Source: Verrucomicrobiota bacterium
Lineage (GTDB): Bacteria > Verrucomicrobiota > Verrucomicrobiia > Limisphaerales > VHDF01
Direction: 5' to 3'
DNA: 64,000 nucleotides
Assembly (NCBI GenBank): GCA_016871495.1
Contig: VHDF01000020.1
Coordinates: 1-64,000, forward strand
The notes under the pieces: model-generated
Database searches by the model: none
Told to the model about the DNA's origin: nothing
Seen by the model: the letters and a program-made list of their open reading frames with translations, nothing else
Program-made: the position numbers and the translations under genes
Part shown: positions 10,301-18,808 of the stretch, piece by piece
Layout of the letters: the number at the start of each line of letters is the position of its first letter
Position numbering within the stretch: position 1 is the stretch's first letter

Positions 10301-10434
10301 GGTCCGTGGCACGCGAAGCAATGGTCGGCGAGGATGGGTCGAATTTCGCGCGAGTAATCAGGCGCGAGAGTCGACGCGAACGCGGAGGACCGGTCCATCA
10401 GCAGGACGGCCAGGATCATACAGAAGGCGCGCAT
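7309..10434 (-). CDS. PSCyt1 + DUF1549 + DUF1553 (PSD1) planctomycete-type cytochrome c domain protein
   Basis: Signal peptide MRAFCMILAVLL, then CFACHGPDEKARKGGLRLD (the PSCyt1 haem-binding motif), followed by DUF1549 and DUF1553 regions. The ORF track extends the N-terminus to 11037, but that stretch is non-coding and contains the MITE. The true ATG is at 10434. Confidence 0.85.
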   Translation of the reverse strand: MRAFCMILAVLLMDRSSAFASTLAPDYSREIRPILADHCFACHGPDEKARKGGLRLDLRDDALHGGKSDGPAIVPGHPEKSALLQRILTTDTDDVMPPTGEKHPVKSQHTELLRRWIAAGAPYSKHWAFESPIKSPLPSRLKQNSSAAIDHFVQARLAKAGLRPSPAASPEQMARRLYLDLIGLPPSPAETARFVSEARKNLGTAVESLADRLLASEHFGEKWARQWLDAARYADSNGYEKDLMREQWAWRDWVIQAYNRDLPYPQFIVEQIAGDLLPGRTQDQLIATGFFRNGMINEEGAIVPEEFRMEGNFDRMDTLGKSVLGLTLQCAQCHSHKFDPISHEEYYGLFSFINNSYDAQSRVYNSEQQERIAKLQATLDDVDRRVRESRPHWAAELDAWGKQVLDTSDRYDWKVIEAEDLHSTSELNHPTTLPDGSILTLGHRTVSGDVYMIAQPAMENITGLRLEIFTHGDLPYDGPGRSFLGTWALSELIVEAKRPGSNQWTALRLAQATADFSEPDGSMEPEWSNKSLDKDGKRRRGPVAYLIDTNDLTGWRADRGRGRRHTESVAVVQFETPQTLPRGTKLKFSLRMNHGGDNNGDKNTMVGRFRLSTTTHPHPSAPPVDYAAILALRVPEARRTDKQRRTLFAAWRHSVPALKSFNEEAEAAWKPYPDPVTSILHLAERGPEDPRETRRLDRGQWNRPKETVRPQVPAVLHPIEPGNLPRRLAFAQWLVDQRSPLAARVAVNRVWQALFGRGLVETSEDFGLRGAEPSHPELLDWLAVDFMEKGWSHKQLIRGIVTSATYRQSSRVTPEQQEKDPGNQWLARGPRFRAEAEVIRDIALAASGLLSPCIGGPSIFPPVPQNVLDFNFFGMDYWIPAQGPERYRRSLYVFRKRSMPDPALSTFDAPNADTSCARRPRSNTPLAALASLNEPVFVEASQALALRILREGGATDARRADYAYQLCVGRAPRPSEKQALLELLDSRRKKISEGWLNANELATGDPSRRASLPEKTTPRDAAAWAVASRVLLNLDETLTKH

Positions 10435-10905
10435 AGATGGTGCCCGAAATTTAGGGTGCTGAGGTCCTGTCTGTCGAGGCTCGATGGGAGGCTCCGGCAG
10501 TTTGGATGTGGCCGCTTGGGGAGATCGTCGAGCGAAAGTGAGCAACTTGAACGGGAGGGCGAGGTCATGTAGGTTGCGGCATGCGACCGACATCACGAGA
10601 CGTTTCATTTCAGACACGGAGTGGCGATTTTCTTTTCCACCGATTTGAATTCCGGGTCCCTGGTAACGCGATCGGCCTCCTTTTCCTTCGCCAGGGCGGC
10701 TGCGAAAGCGTCGGTCAGAATGATTTTGAAGCGGGCTCTCACATCGGCGGCGGTGTTGGCCAGCGCGCGGTTCGTTGTGGAAGCAGGGGACGAGCGCGAA
10801 GCTGTCGAGCATTTTAGCGGTCCTTTCGATCCGCCTGTTCCCGCTCTGCTTCTTGTGCTCCGACCACGCTTTGGTCAATGGGTTCTCGCACGGCCTGCGT
10901 TCGAG

Positions 10906-11039
10906 CGGTGCATCCCGATGTTGCCGGTGATGCAGGTAGGGCGCGTCCGTCCCGGCGCGCCGCCGGAGCATGATGTTTTGCATCCAGTGGGCGGCGGGCT
11001 GGGACAGGCCCGCCCTACCAACAACATCGGGATACACGG
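10906..11039 (-). mobile_element. 134-bp MITE, copy A (inverted relative to copies B and C)
   Basis: Terminal inverted repeats cggtgcatcccgatgttg ... caacatcgggatacacgg. Flanked by a perfect 9-bp direct repeat gcgttcgag (10897-10905 and 11040-11048). About 95% identical to the copies at 13808 and 49978. Confidence 0.75.
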
Positions 11040-11089
11040 GCGTTCGAGAACCCCAAAGTATCCATCTTGATATCAGCGCTCATCGCTTC

Positions 11090-11378
11090 GAGTCTCACTT
11101 CTCGTCCAAAGCCAGTAAATACTTGATATATAATAGATTAAAGTGTTTGTCAGACTCTCCCGATCCGGACTGACTGCATCCTCTTTTGGGCGACCACTCC
11201 AGGGCTTTACCTCCGGCGCGCCTGCCCTCGCGGGCTCTGTCGTTGATTCCCGGGGCGGATGCTCGCGGAATGCGGCCCTGGCTCAATGGCAGCTTTCCCG
11301 GTGTGGGACGTTCCGGTACCGCGGGGAGGTTTGCCCGGCGTGCGTTGAGGTTGATCGTAATAATGGACTTAATTTGTA
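11090..11378 (+). promoter_or_regulatory. AT-rich putative promoter region upstream of the nfeD-flotillin operon
   Basis: A locally AT-rich stretch in a 62% GC context (aaatacttgatatataatagattaaag; gatcgtaataatggacttaatttgtaatg) immediately 5' of the 11379 start. Confidence 0.25.
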
Positions 11379-12007
11379 ATGTCCAAGCTCGGCTGGGACG
11401 CTATCATCCCACTCAATTCGATGAGCACGCTCGCTTTGATTGAATCGGTGGGAGGTTGGTGGAACGCACTTACACTCGCCAAGCAGCTCTTTTTTGGCAT
11501 CGGGTTGCTCGCCTCTCTGGTTGCGCTGGTGATTGCCGTGTTGTCCATGATTGGCATGGAGCACCACGATGGCCTTGATGTCGCCCGGGGAGTGGACCAT
11601 GGCGGAGGAGGCGTGTTCTCCATCAAACCGCTGACCGGCTTTTTTCTCGGCTTCGGCTGGGCGGGTGGATTGGCCCTGGACGGTGGTCTGACCCTCGCGG
11701 CGGCCATCGGGGTCGCGGTTCTTTCGGGTCCCTGATTTTAGCGATGGTCGTGGCCATGTTTCGCGCCATCTATAGTCTCAAAAGCGATGGCACCTCGCGG
11801 ATTGATGACGCGGTGGGCGTGGTGGGCACCGTGTATGTCACGATTCCGCCTGCCCGTGCGTCCGGGGGCCAGGTGATGGTTCCATTCAGCGGGCGTTTGC
11901 AAACGCTCGCTGCGATCTCCGCAGCCGGCAAGCCCATCCCGAGCGGTGAGAAAGTCAAGGTTCTCAGCGTGGTGGACACGCATACCGTACAAGTGGAGGC
12001 ACTCTAA
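11379..12007 (+). CDS. NfeD-like (YuaF-type) membrane protein. Its N-terminal TM part and C-terminal OB-fold part are in different frames, so there is an apparent frameshift near 11722.
   Basis: ORF 11379-11735 (frame 0) encodes 2-3 TM helices. ORF 11744-12007 (frame 2) encodes an NfeD-type beta-barrel (VGVVGTVYVTIPP...GEKVKVLSVVDTHTVQVEAL). Adding one T to the run in 'gttctttcggg' gives a continuous ...VAVLFGSLILAMVVAMF... reading. The NfeD-flotillin gene order is conserved across bacteria. Confidence 0.5.
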
Positions 12008-12041
12008 ACCGACTCTGTTTCGTTCCCACCCCATCCTGATC

Positions 12042-13540
12042 ATGATCCAAGTCATCGCCATTTCCATCGTCGTCGTTTTCCTGGTGCTCATCGCGATCAT
12101 CCTGATTTCGCGTTACCGGATGTGCCCTCCTGATCGAATCCTGGTCGTGTTTGGCAAGCTGGCGGACGGGGTTTCCTCAAAATGCTATCATGGCGGATCG
12201 ACTTTTGTGATGCCATTTTCCAGAGCTACAGCTACCTCGACCTGACGCCCATCAACATCGAGATTGAGCTTCGGGGGGCGCTTTCCAGCCAGAACATTCG
12301 CATCGATGCGCCGGCCTCCTTTACCATCGGCATCTCGACCGAACCCGAGGTGATGCAGAATGCCGCCACGCGTCTCTGGGGCCGCACCATGGATGAGATT
12401 CAGCAACTGGCTTCCGAGATCATCATGGGACAAATGCGCGTCGTGTTTGCCTCCATGAGCATTGAGGAGATCAACAGCGATCGTGAAAAGCTGATTTCGC
12501 TCATTACCAAAGGCGTTGAGGTTGAGCTCCATAAAGTGGGTTTGCGGATGATCAACGGCAACATCCGCGACATCAAAGATCACTCCGGTTACATCGACGC
12601 GCTGGGGAAGGAGGCTGCGGCGAAAGCGATCAACGATGCTCAAATCAAGGTGGCGCAGGAAAATCAGCGGGGGGCGATTGGGCGCGCTGAGGCTGAGCGT
12701 GAACAGGCCATTCGCGTGGCCAACGCCCAAGCCGAGGCGAGAAAGGGAGAAAACACCGCGCAGGTGGTCATTGCCAAATCCAATGCGGACCTGGCGACTG
12801 AGCAAGCCGAAGCCAAGCGCCGCACGGAGGCTGCGCAGATGGTGGCCGAAGCTCGCGCGCTCCAGGAATCCTACAAAGCCCAGCAGGAAGCCGAACTGGC
12901 CCGGGCCGCGCGCGAGCAGGCGCAGCAACAGGCCGATCAGATCGTAAAGGCCGAAATCGAAAAGGAGCGACTTCGCATTGATTCCGAGGCCAAGGCCGCA
13001 CAAGCCAGAATTCTCCAGGAAGGCCAGGCGGCAGCCTACATTGTGCAGAAGGATGCGGAGGCCCAGGGCATCAGGCGTGTGGCCGAAGGTGAAGCGCAAG
13101 GAATCAAGGCCAAGCTCGGCGCGGAGGCGAGCGGAATTCAGGCCAAGCTGTCCGCCGAGGCGGAAGGCACACGGGCTTTGCTTGATGCCAAAGCGCAGGG
13201 GTTCGAGAAACTTCTGAAAGTTGCCGAAGACGCTTCCGGCGCCACGCAGCTCCTCATCGCCGAGAATATTGTGCGCATCGCGGAGATCCAAGCGGGGGCG
13301 ATCAAGGGGCTGGCCTTCGAGAAAATCGTGGTGATGAACGGCGGGGTTTCCGGCTCCGGGCCCGGCCAGTTCGTGCAGGATTTGTACAAGGGAGTCTTGC
13401 CCGTGAACGAGATTGCGAAAAGCGTCGGACTCAACCTGCCCTCGTTCCTCGGGCAGTCGTCCGAAGGAGAGGCCCCGGCGCAAACTCCGAAGCGAGAAGC
13501 GCCCAAACCGGGGAGCGAGCGCAACCCTCCCAGCGCCTGA
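12042..13540 (+). CDS. Flotillin (SPFH/band-7 domain, FloT/YuaG-like), with an apparent -1 frameshift near 12213
   Basis: N-terminal TM segment plus SPFH start (MIQVIAISIVVVFLVLIAIILISRYRMCPPDRILVVFGK...GGSTFVMPF) in frame 0, ending at 12245. The SPFH core and the coiled-coil EA-rich tail (QSYSYLDLTPINIEIELRG...) are in frame 2 from 12182. A 5-T run instead of 'ccattttcc' would give the uninterrupted ...FVMPFFQSYSYLDLTP.... Confidence 0.75.
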
Positions 13541-13807
13541 GTCATCAAGAGGCCGGTGGATTGACAGCAGTGCATCCATAGGTTGTCGGTGAAGCGCGTG
13601 GCAGCGCTTGGGGCGCGGCGTTCACGCCGCTTCAAGGCGTGGCTTCTAAAGGGCATAGCCGGTTCAACGGGCAAGCGTGCTGCCCGGGCGATGGCATCCA
13701 CCCACGGTGGGCCATGGAGTGGGAGGAGATCGCCGCGGCAGGTTGGCGCGAGCGGAAGCGCCGTGAACGGGGCGTCCCGACATCGAGCGGATGCGCCGGA
13801 CTTACAG

Positions 13808-13941
13808 CCGTGTATCCCGATGTTGTTGGTAGGGCGGGCCTGTCCCAGCCCGCCGCCCACGGGATGCAAAACATCATGCTCCGGCGGCGCGCCGGGACGG
13901 ACGCGCCCTACCTGCATCACCGACAACCTCTGGATGCGCCG
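13808..13941 (+). mobile_element. 134-bp MITE, copy B
   Basis: Left TIR ccgtgtatcccgatgttg. The right end is diverged (caacctctggatgcgccg). Flanking 9-bp direct repeat gacttacag / gactttcag (13799-13807 and 13942-13950). Confidence 0.7.
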
Positions 13942-14056
13942 GACTTTCAGCTCCACCCCGGTTTGGTGTTGTCATTCGGCGGCAGCCGCTCTAAGATGAG
14001 AGTAGAAACCCCGATTCACGCGAATGGTTCCAACCGCCCCGCTTTGACCTTGAATT

Positions 14057-15370
14057 ATGCGTATCTCCCCAGTCTCACGCCGTCTTTTCCTTGGCAGGGC
14101 CGCTTTGGCCGTCTCGGCCCCTTTGATTCTCCCTTCGCGTGTGTGGTCCGCGGCCGTTTCGCCCAATGACCGCATTCAACTCGGCTTCATCGGAATGGGC
14201 ACCCAGAATCGCGGGTTGATGTCCGGCTTCCTGCGGACACCGCAGACGCAGACGGTGGCGGTTTGCGATGTTGATCGCACGCGGCGGCTGGCGGCGCAGA
14301 CGGTGGCCAAGGATCATTTTGCCAAACAGGGGGGAGGAGGTGGCTGTGAGGCGTATGAGGATTTTCGGGAGTTGCTGGCCCGCCGGGATGTGGATGCCGT
14401 GGTGATCGCAACCCCCGATCATTGGCACGCGCTGATCAGCATCGCAGCGGCGAGGGCGGGCAAGGATATTTACTGTGAAAAGCCCCTCTGCCAGTCGATT
14501 CACGAGGCTCGCGCCATGGTGAAGGCTGTCCGCAAGCACAAGCGCATTTTCCAGACAGGCTCCATGCAGCGGTCGAGCAAGGAATTTCGCGTGGCCTGCG
14601 AGCTCGTTCGGAACGGCGTGATCGGGAGAATCTCCACGGTTGAAGCCTCGGTGGGCGGTCCGGGCATGCCGTGCGATTTGCCGGGCGAAACTCCGGAGCC
14701 GGGTTTGAATTGGGACCTGTGGCTGGGTCCTGCCCCTTCGCGGCCTTATCATTCCGAGCTGAGTCCCCGCGGCGTGCACAAACACTTCCCAAACTGGCGG
14801 CGTTATCGTGAGTACGGCGGGGGCGGGGTGACGGATTGGGGCGCGCATCATTTCGACATTGCCCAGTGGGGCTTGGGGATGGACCAGAGCGGTCCGGTGG
14901 AAATCACCCCAGCGTCCGATCCCAAGGCATCCTTTGGCGTGCGCGCCCGTTATGCCAGCGGAGTGGAGTTGGTGCATTCGAACGGCAACGGCGTGGTTTT
15001 CCATGGGAGCGAAGGCAAGATCTCGGTGGACCGCGGCAGGTTTTCCTTGTGGCTGGGCTCTCAACTGAAGTCGGAGTCGGCCTCCGAATGCGAAGGCATT
15101 GCCCGGGAACTGTTGAAGTCGAATGCGGAACGGCTTTATGCGAGCACGGATCACAAGGCGGATTGGTTGAACAGCATCCGCACCCGGAAGCCGCCTATTT
15201 GCGATGTGGAGGTGGGTGCTCGGACGGTGACGGTCTGTCATTTGATCAACCTCGCTTATTACCACGGCCAGCGCATGGTATGGGATCCCAAGCGGGAGCG
15301 GTTTGCCGGGGGCGCCGGAAACGCCGCCTGGCTGGATGTGCCCTACCGGGGGAACTGGAAACTGGGTTAG
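14057..15370 (+). CDS. Gfo/Idh/MocA family oxidoreductase with a TAT signal
   Basis: MRISPVSRRLFLGRAALAVS is a twin-arginine signal. Rossmann-fold start (GFIGMGTQNRG), DAVVIATPDHWHA and KDIYCEKP motifs. Confidence 0.85.
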   Translation: MRISPVSRRLFLGRAALAVSAPLILPSRVWSAAVSPNDRIQLGFIGMGTQNRGLMSGFLRTPQTQTVAVCDVDRTRRLAAQTVAKDHFAKQGGGGGCEAYEDFRELLARRDVDAVVIATPDHWHALISIAAARAGKDIYCEKPLCQSIHEARAMVKAVRKHKRIFQTGSMQRSSKEFRVACELVRNGVIGRISTVEASVGGPGMPCDLPGETPEPGLNWDLWLGPAPSRPYHSELSPRGVHKHFPNWRRYREYGGGGVTDWGAHHFDIAQWGLGMDQSGPVEITPASDPKASFGVRARYASGVELVHSNGNGVVFHGSEGKISVDRGRFSLWLGSQLKSESASECEGIARELLKSNAERLYASTDHKADWLNSIRTRKPPICDVEVGARTVTVCHLINLAYYHGQRMVWDPKRERFAGGAGNAAWLDVPYRGNWKLG

Positions 15371-16761
15371 GCCAGGATTTCCTTCAACACGCGCCCGGAG
15401 ACGTCGGTCAGGCGGAAGTCGCGGCCGCCAAAGCGGTAGGTCAGCCGCTCATGGTCCAGACCCATCAAGTGCAGAATCGTCGCATGGTAGTCGTGGACGT
15501 GACAGGGACGGTCGACGATGTTGGCGCCGAATTCGTCCGTGGCGCCATAGGTCATGCCTCCCCGCACCCCCGCGCCCGCGAGCAGTGACGTGAATGCCTT
15601 GGCGTAGTGGTTGCGGCCTTTGCCATTGCCTCCATCGCTCCAGGGCGTGCGCCCGAACTCGGTGCAGATGGCCACGAGGGTTCGTTCCAACAAACCGCGC
15701 GCCTTCAAATCGAGCAGAAGGGCGGTGATGGCTTGATCGACCCGCTTCGCTTTCGGGCGGTGCGTTTCCATGTCCCCGTGGGAATCCCAGTTGTCGTGCG
15801 AACCCGTGTCGATGATTTCCACGACGCGCACCCCGCGCTCGATGAGGCGCCGGGTCATGAGGCATTGCCAGGCAAACGAACGGTTGTCCCCGGGCGAGAC
15901 TCCATAGAGTTCGAGATCGCGAGGGGATTCGCGGCTGAGATCGAAGACCTCCGGAGCTTCCTTCATCATGCCCCGGGCGATATCGAAACTCAGGCTGCGG
16001 GCAGCCAGACGGGCATCCTCAGCCCGGGTTTGGGCGTGGGTTCGATTGAGTTCATCGAGCATCTGTTGCTCGAGTTCGCGCAGTGCGACGGGCTTGGGAG
16101 GCGGATCGAGATCGGGAATGGGCTTCGCGCCCGGCGCCAGCCGGACGCCCTGGTGCGCCGCGGGAAGGAAGGCGGCGTCCCAGACCTGAGCCCCGGCGTA
16201 GGGCAGGTGTTCCGCAAAGACGAGATAGGCGGGCAAATTGCGATTGAAAGTGCCCAATCCCATGCTCAACCACGCTCCCAGACTCGGCATGGGCACTGTA
16301 GCCGAGCCGGTGTGCATCGCCAGCGTGGCTTGGAAGTGCTCGACGATATCCGTGTGCAACGACCGGATCACACACAGGTCATCCGCGACGCTTCGAAGCC
16401 GGGAGAAGAGCTCGCTGATGGGCAGGCCGGACTGGCCGCTGGATTTGAACTCGAATTTGCTGCCCAGGAGGGGAAGCGGACGCGCTTCGTCGGGGCGCAG
16501 TCCAAATGCCGGAATCGGCTTCCCATGCATCGCGTTCAATCGAGGTTTGGGATCGAACGTGTCGAGGTGGGAGAACCCTCCGGTCAAGAACAAGACAATC
16601 ATCTGATCGGCTTGAGCGGGGAAATGGGACGGAGAAGGCGCCATCGGATGTCCCCGATGCAGCGCCGCCGCTTGGGCAAAGCGGACGGGTGACATGGCGC
16701 CCAGCAGTCCAGCCTGGGCACAAGCTCCTAAGAACCGTCGTCGGGAGAGGTCAATCCACAT
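15367..16761 (-). CDS. DUF1501 family protein with a TAT signal
   Basis: MWIDLSRRRFLGACAQAG signal. HFQATLAMHTG... and CTEFGRTP...DHH DUF1501 motifs. The start was trimmed to the ATG at 16761. Confidence 0.85.
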   Translation of the reverse strand: MWIDLSRRRFLGACAQAGLLGAMSPVRFAQAAALHRGHPMAPSPSHFPAQADQMIVLFLTGGFSHLDTFDPKPRLNAMHGKPIPAFGLRPDEARPLPLLGSKFEFKSSGQSGLPISELFSRLRSVADDLCVIRSLHTDIVEHFQATLAMHTGSATVPMPSLGAWLSMGLGTFNRNLPAYLVFAEHLPYAGAQVWDAAFLPAAHQGVRLAPGAKPIPDLDPPPKPVALRELEQQMLDELNRTHAQTRAEDARLAARSLSFDIARGMMKEAPEVFDLSRESPRDLELYGVSPGDNRSFAWQCLMTRRLIERGVRVVEIIDTGSHDNWDSHGDMETHRPKAKRVDQAITALLLDLKARGLLERTLVAICTEFGRTPWSDGGNGKGRNHYAKAFTSLLAGAGVRGGMTYGATDEFGANIVDRPCHVHDYHATILHLMGLDHERLTYRFGGRDFRLTDVSGRVLKEILA

Positions 16762-18808
16762 ATAAGAACTCGTTTGCGTTGAGCATCGCCTTGGCGAGAC
16801 TGGTCCAAACCTCGAGCTCGGCGGTCGCTCCGTGGGGTTCAGCGCCGGTGGCAGGTGCGGCGCGGCGTCCTTCGCGCAACCAGTGTTCCAGCCTTTGCCG
16901 TTCGGCGGAGTCGGGGGGTCTGGACCACGCCAGGGACTGGAGTCGCGCCAACCTTTCGGCATCGGAGTCGCGTTCGCGGCGGACCCGAAGCGCGAGGGCG
17001 CGAGCGCAGTGTTCGAGGAAATCGTGATTGAGCGCGAAGAGCGCTTGTTGGGGAACCGTGGAGACTTGCCGCGATTCAGTGGAGCTGTTTGGGTCGGGCC
17101 CATCGAACAACCCAAGGAAAGGATGTTTTTGCAGGCGCTGGGTCATGAGATAGACGGAACGGTGGGAATGATCGTAGCGTTCCTTGAAGGGCGTGTGCTG
17201 AGTCCAGGTCCACTTCTCAGGGGTGGGGAAGGGGTGCGCACCGGGCATCGATCGGGACCACAATCCTGAGACATGCAAGAGCGCGTCGCGCAAGGGCTCC
17301 GCTTCCAGGCGCCGCCTTGGGAATCTCCACAACCATCGGTTGCCGGGATCGATGGCCAGGGAACCCGGGTGAGCTTCGCTGGAGCGTTGATAGGCAGCCG
17401 AGAGGAGGATCCAGCGATGGAGGGACTTGATGGACCATCCGCTCTCCATGAATCGCTCGGCCAACCGATCGAGGAGCTCTGGATGGCTTGGGGGTGAGGA
17501 GCTGGCTCCGAGGTTGTTGGGCGTGTTGACGAGGCCCTGGCCGAAATGATAATGCCAAATGCGGTTCACCAGGACACGGGCCGTGAGGGGATGCTGTGGG
17601 TGGGTCAGCCACCGGGCGAGTTCGAGGCGTCCACTGGAACCGGCCGGGACGCTCCATGGGGATTCAAGGGCGAAGGCTTGGGGCACGCAACGCGGAACGG
17701 TTCCATCCGACTGGGCAGGATCGCCTCGCTTCTGCAGGGCGGCGTCCTTGGGGGTGCCTTCTCGAACTGCGTAAGCGGACTTGAGATCGGGAGGGATTCC
17801 TGGTTTTTCCAGATTGCGAAGGGATTTCTTGAGCTCCGCCAGATTCTTTTTCGTGGTTTCGTCCAAAAGTTTGGCCGGCAGGTTGGTGGATTCGAGTGCG
17901 CGGACCTGTTGCCTGAGAGATTCGAGTTGAGTGAGCCAGCGGTCGGTTTTGGATTTCGTGGCCGCGTCGGATTCCAGAGAGACGAATTTCTGGCGGTTGA
18001 ACTGCTTCGACTGAACCTCTTCGGATCCCGCCCAGGGGAATTCGGTGCTGTCGAAGATGCCGTAGAGCCCGTAGTAATCCCGCATGCTGAGCGGATCGGA
18101 TTTATGGTCGTGGCATCGCGCGCATTTCAGATTCAATCCGAGGAAAGTTTGACCGATCGTTTCCAGCGTGTTTTCCAAGGTGAGGTGCCACAGTTCGTAA
18201 GGCCCGGTGCCATAGCGACGGGAAAGCGCCAAGAAGCCGGTGGCGACAATGGCGGATTCACGCTCGGTCCCGGTTGCGGCGGTTCGGGCGAGGACATCCC
18301 CCGCCAGTTGTTCTTCGACAAAACGAGGGTAAGGCTTGTCCTGGTTGAAGGACTCGATGATGTAGTCGCGGTAGCGGTAGATTTCGGGAATGGGATAGTC
18401 CGCATTGTCGCCGGCGGTGTCGGCGTATCGAACGACATCCATCCAATGGCGGCCCCAGCGTTCGCCGTAGTGCGGCGAGGCGAGCAAGCGATCCACCACG
18501 CGTTCGAAGGCGTGGGGAGATGGGTCGCTTGCAAACCGGGCCACTTCTTCCGGCGTGGGGGGAAGTCCGAGCAGATCGAAAGTCACCCGGCGGAGCAGGG
18601 TGCTGCGAGAGGCGGGCGGGGAGGCAGCAAGGCCATTTTCTTGAATCTTGGCATTCAGGAACGCGTCGATGAATTGCTGTTCGGGAAGGCTGTTTGAGCG
18701 GGGTGGAGGGGTGGGGCTTCGCAAGGGACGATAGGACCATGGAAGTGCGGACGGTGGGGGCTTCCCTGGAGCTTCTGCCTGAACCGGGAGGTAAACCAGG
18801 AACACCAT
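16751..18808 (-). CDS. DUF1549/DUF1553 (PSD1-type) protein with no recognisable cytochrome domain
   Basis: DUF1549 (LLRRVTFDLLGLPPTPEEVARF...HYGERWGRHWMDVVRYADT) and DUF1553 (LKCARCHDHKSDP...ARVLVNRIWHYHFGQGLV). Signal-like MVFLVYLPVQAEA. The start is uncertain and the ORF could extend to 19027. Confidence 0.75.
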   Translation of the reverse strand: MVFLVYLPVQAEAPGKPPPSALPWSYRPLRSPTPPPRSNSLPEQQFIDAFLNAKIQENGLAASPPASRSTLLRRVTFDLLGLPPTPEEVARFASDPSPHAFERVVDRLLASPHYGERWGRHWMDVVRYADTAGDNADYPIPEIYRYRDYIIESFNQDKPYPRFVEEQLAGDVLARTAATGTERESAIVATGFLALSRRYGTGPYELWHLTLENTLETIGQTFLGLNLKCARCHDHKSDPLSMRDYYGLYGIFDSTEFPWAGSEEVQSKQFNRQKFVSLESDAATKSKTDRWLTQLESLRQQVRALESTNLPAKLLDETTKKNLAELKKSLRNLEKPGIPPDLKSAYAVREGTPKDAALQKRGDPAQSDGTVPRCVPQAFALESPWSVPAGSSGRLELARWLTHPQHPLTARVLVNRIWHYHFGQGLVNTPNNLGASSSPPSHPELLDRLAERFMESGWSIKSLHRWILLSAAYQRSSEAHPGSLAIDPGNRWLWRFPRRRLEAEPLRDALLHVSGLWSRSMPGAHPFPTPEKWTWTQHTPFKERYDHSHRSVYLMTQRLQKHPFLGLFDGPDPNSSTESRQVSTVPQQALFALNHDFLEHCARALALRVRRERDSDAERLARLQSLAWSRPPDSAERQRLEHWLREGRRAAPATGAEPHGATAELEVWTSLAKAMLNANEFLYVD

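Noticed and set aside
10435-11037. N-terminal 200-aa extension of track ORF 7309..11037 (MYPDVVGRAGLSQPAAH...)
   Set aside because: The real gene starts at the signal peptide MRAFCMILAVLL (ATG at 10434). The extension is intergenic sequence containing MITE copy A. The same 'peptide' recurs wherever the MITE occurs.
13583-14169. Several 60-270-aa ORFs (13583-13999, 13639-14169, 13138-13956, 13632-13877) in the floT-oxidoreductase intergenic region, and the analogous ORFs at 49517-50047, 49764-50825 and 49899-50804
   Set aside because: They arise from the MITE copies and GC-rich intergenic DNA. The same pseudo-peptides (MMFCIPWAAGWDRPALPTTSG, PDVVGRAGLSQPAAHGMQNIM...) repeat at each MITE locus.
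14075-17027. Antisense ORFs 14075-15265 (minus), 15607-16692 (plus) and 16506-17027 (plus)
   Set aside because: They are opposite the well-supported Gfo/Idh/MocA, DUF1501 and DUF1549/1553 genes.
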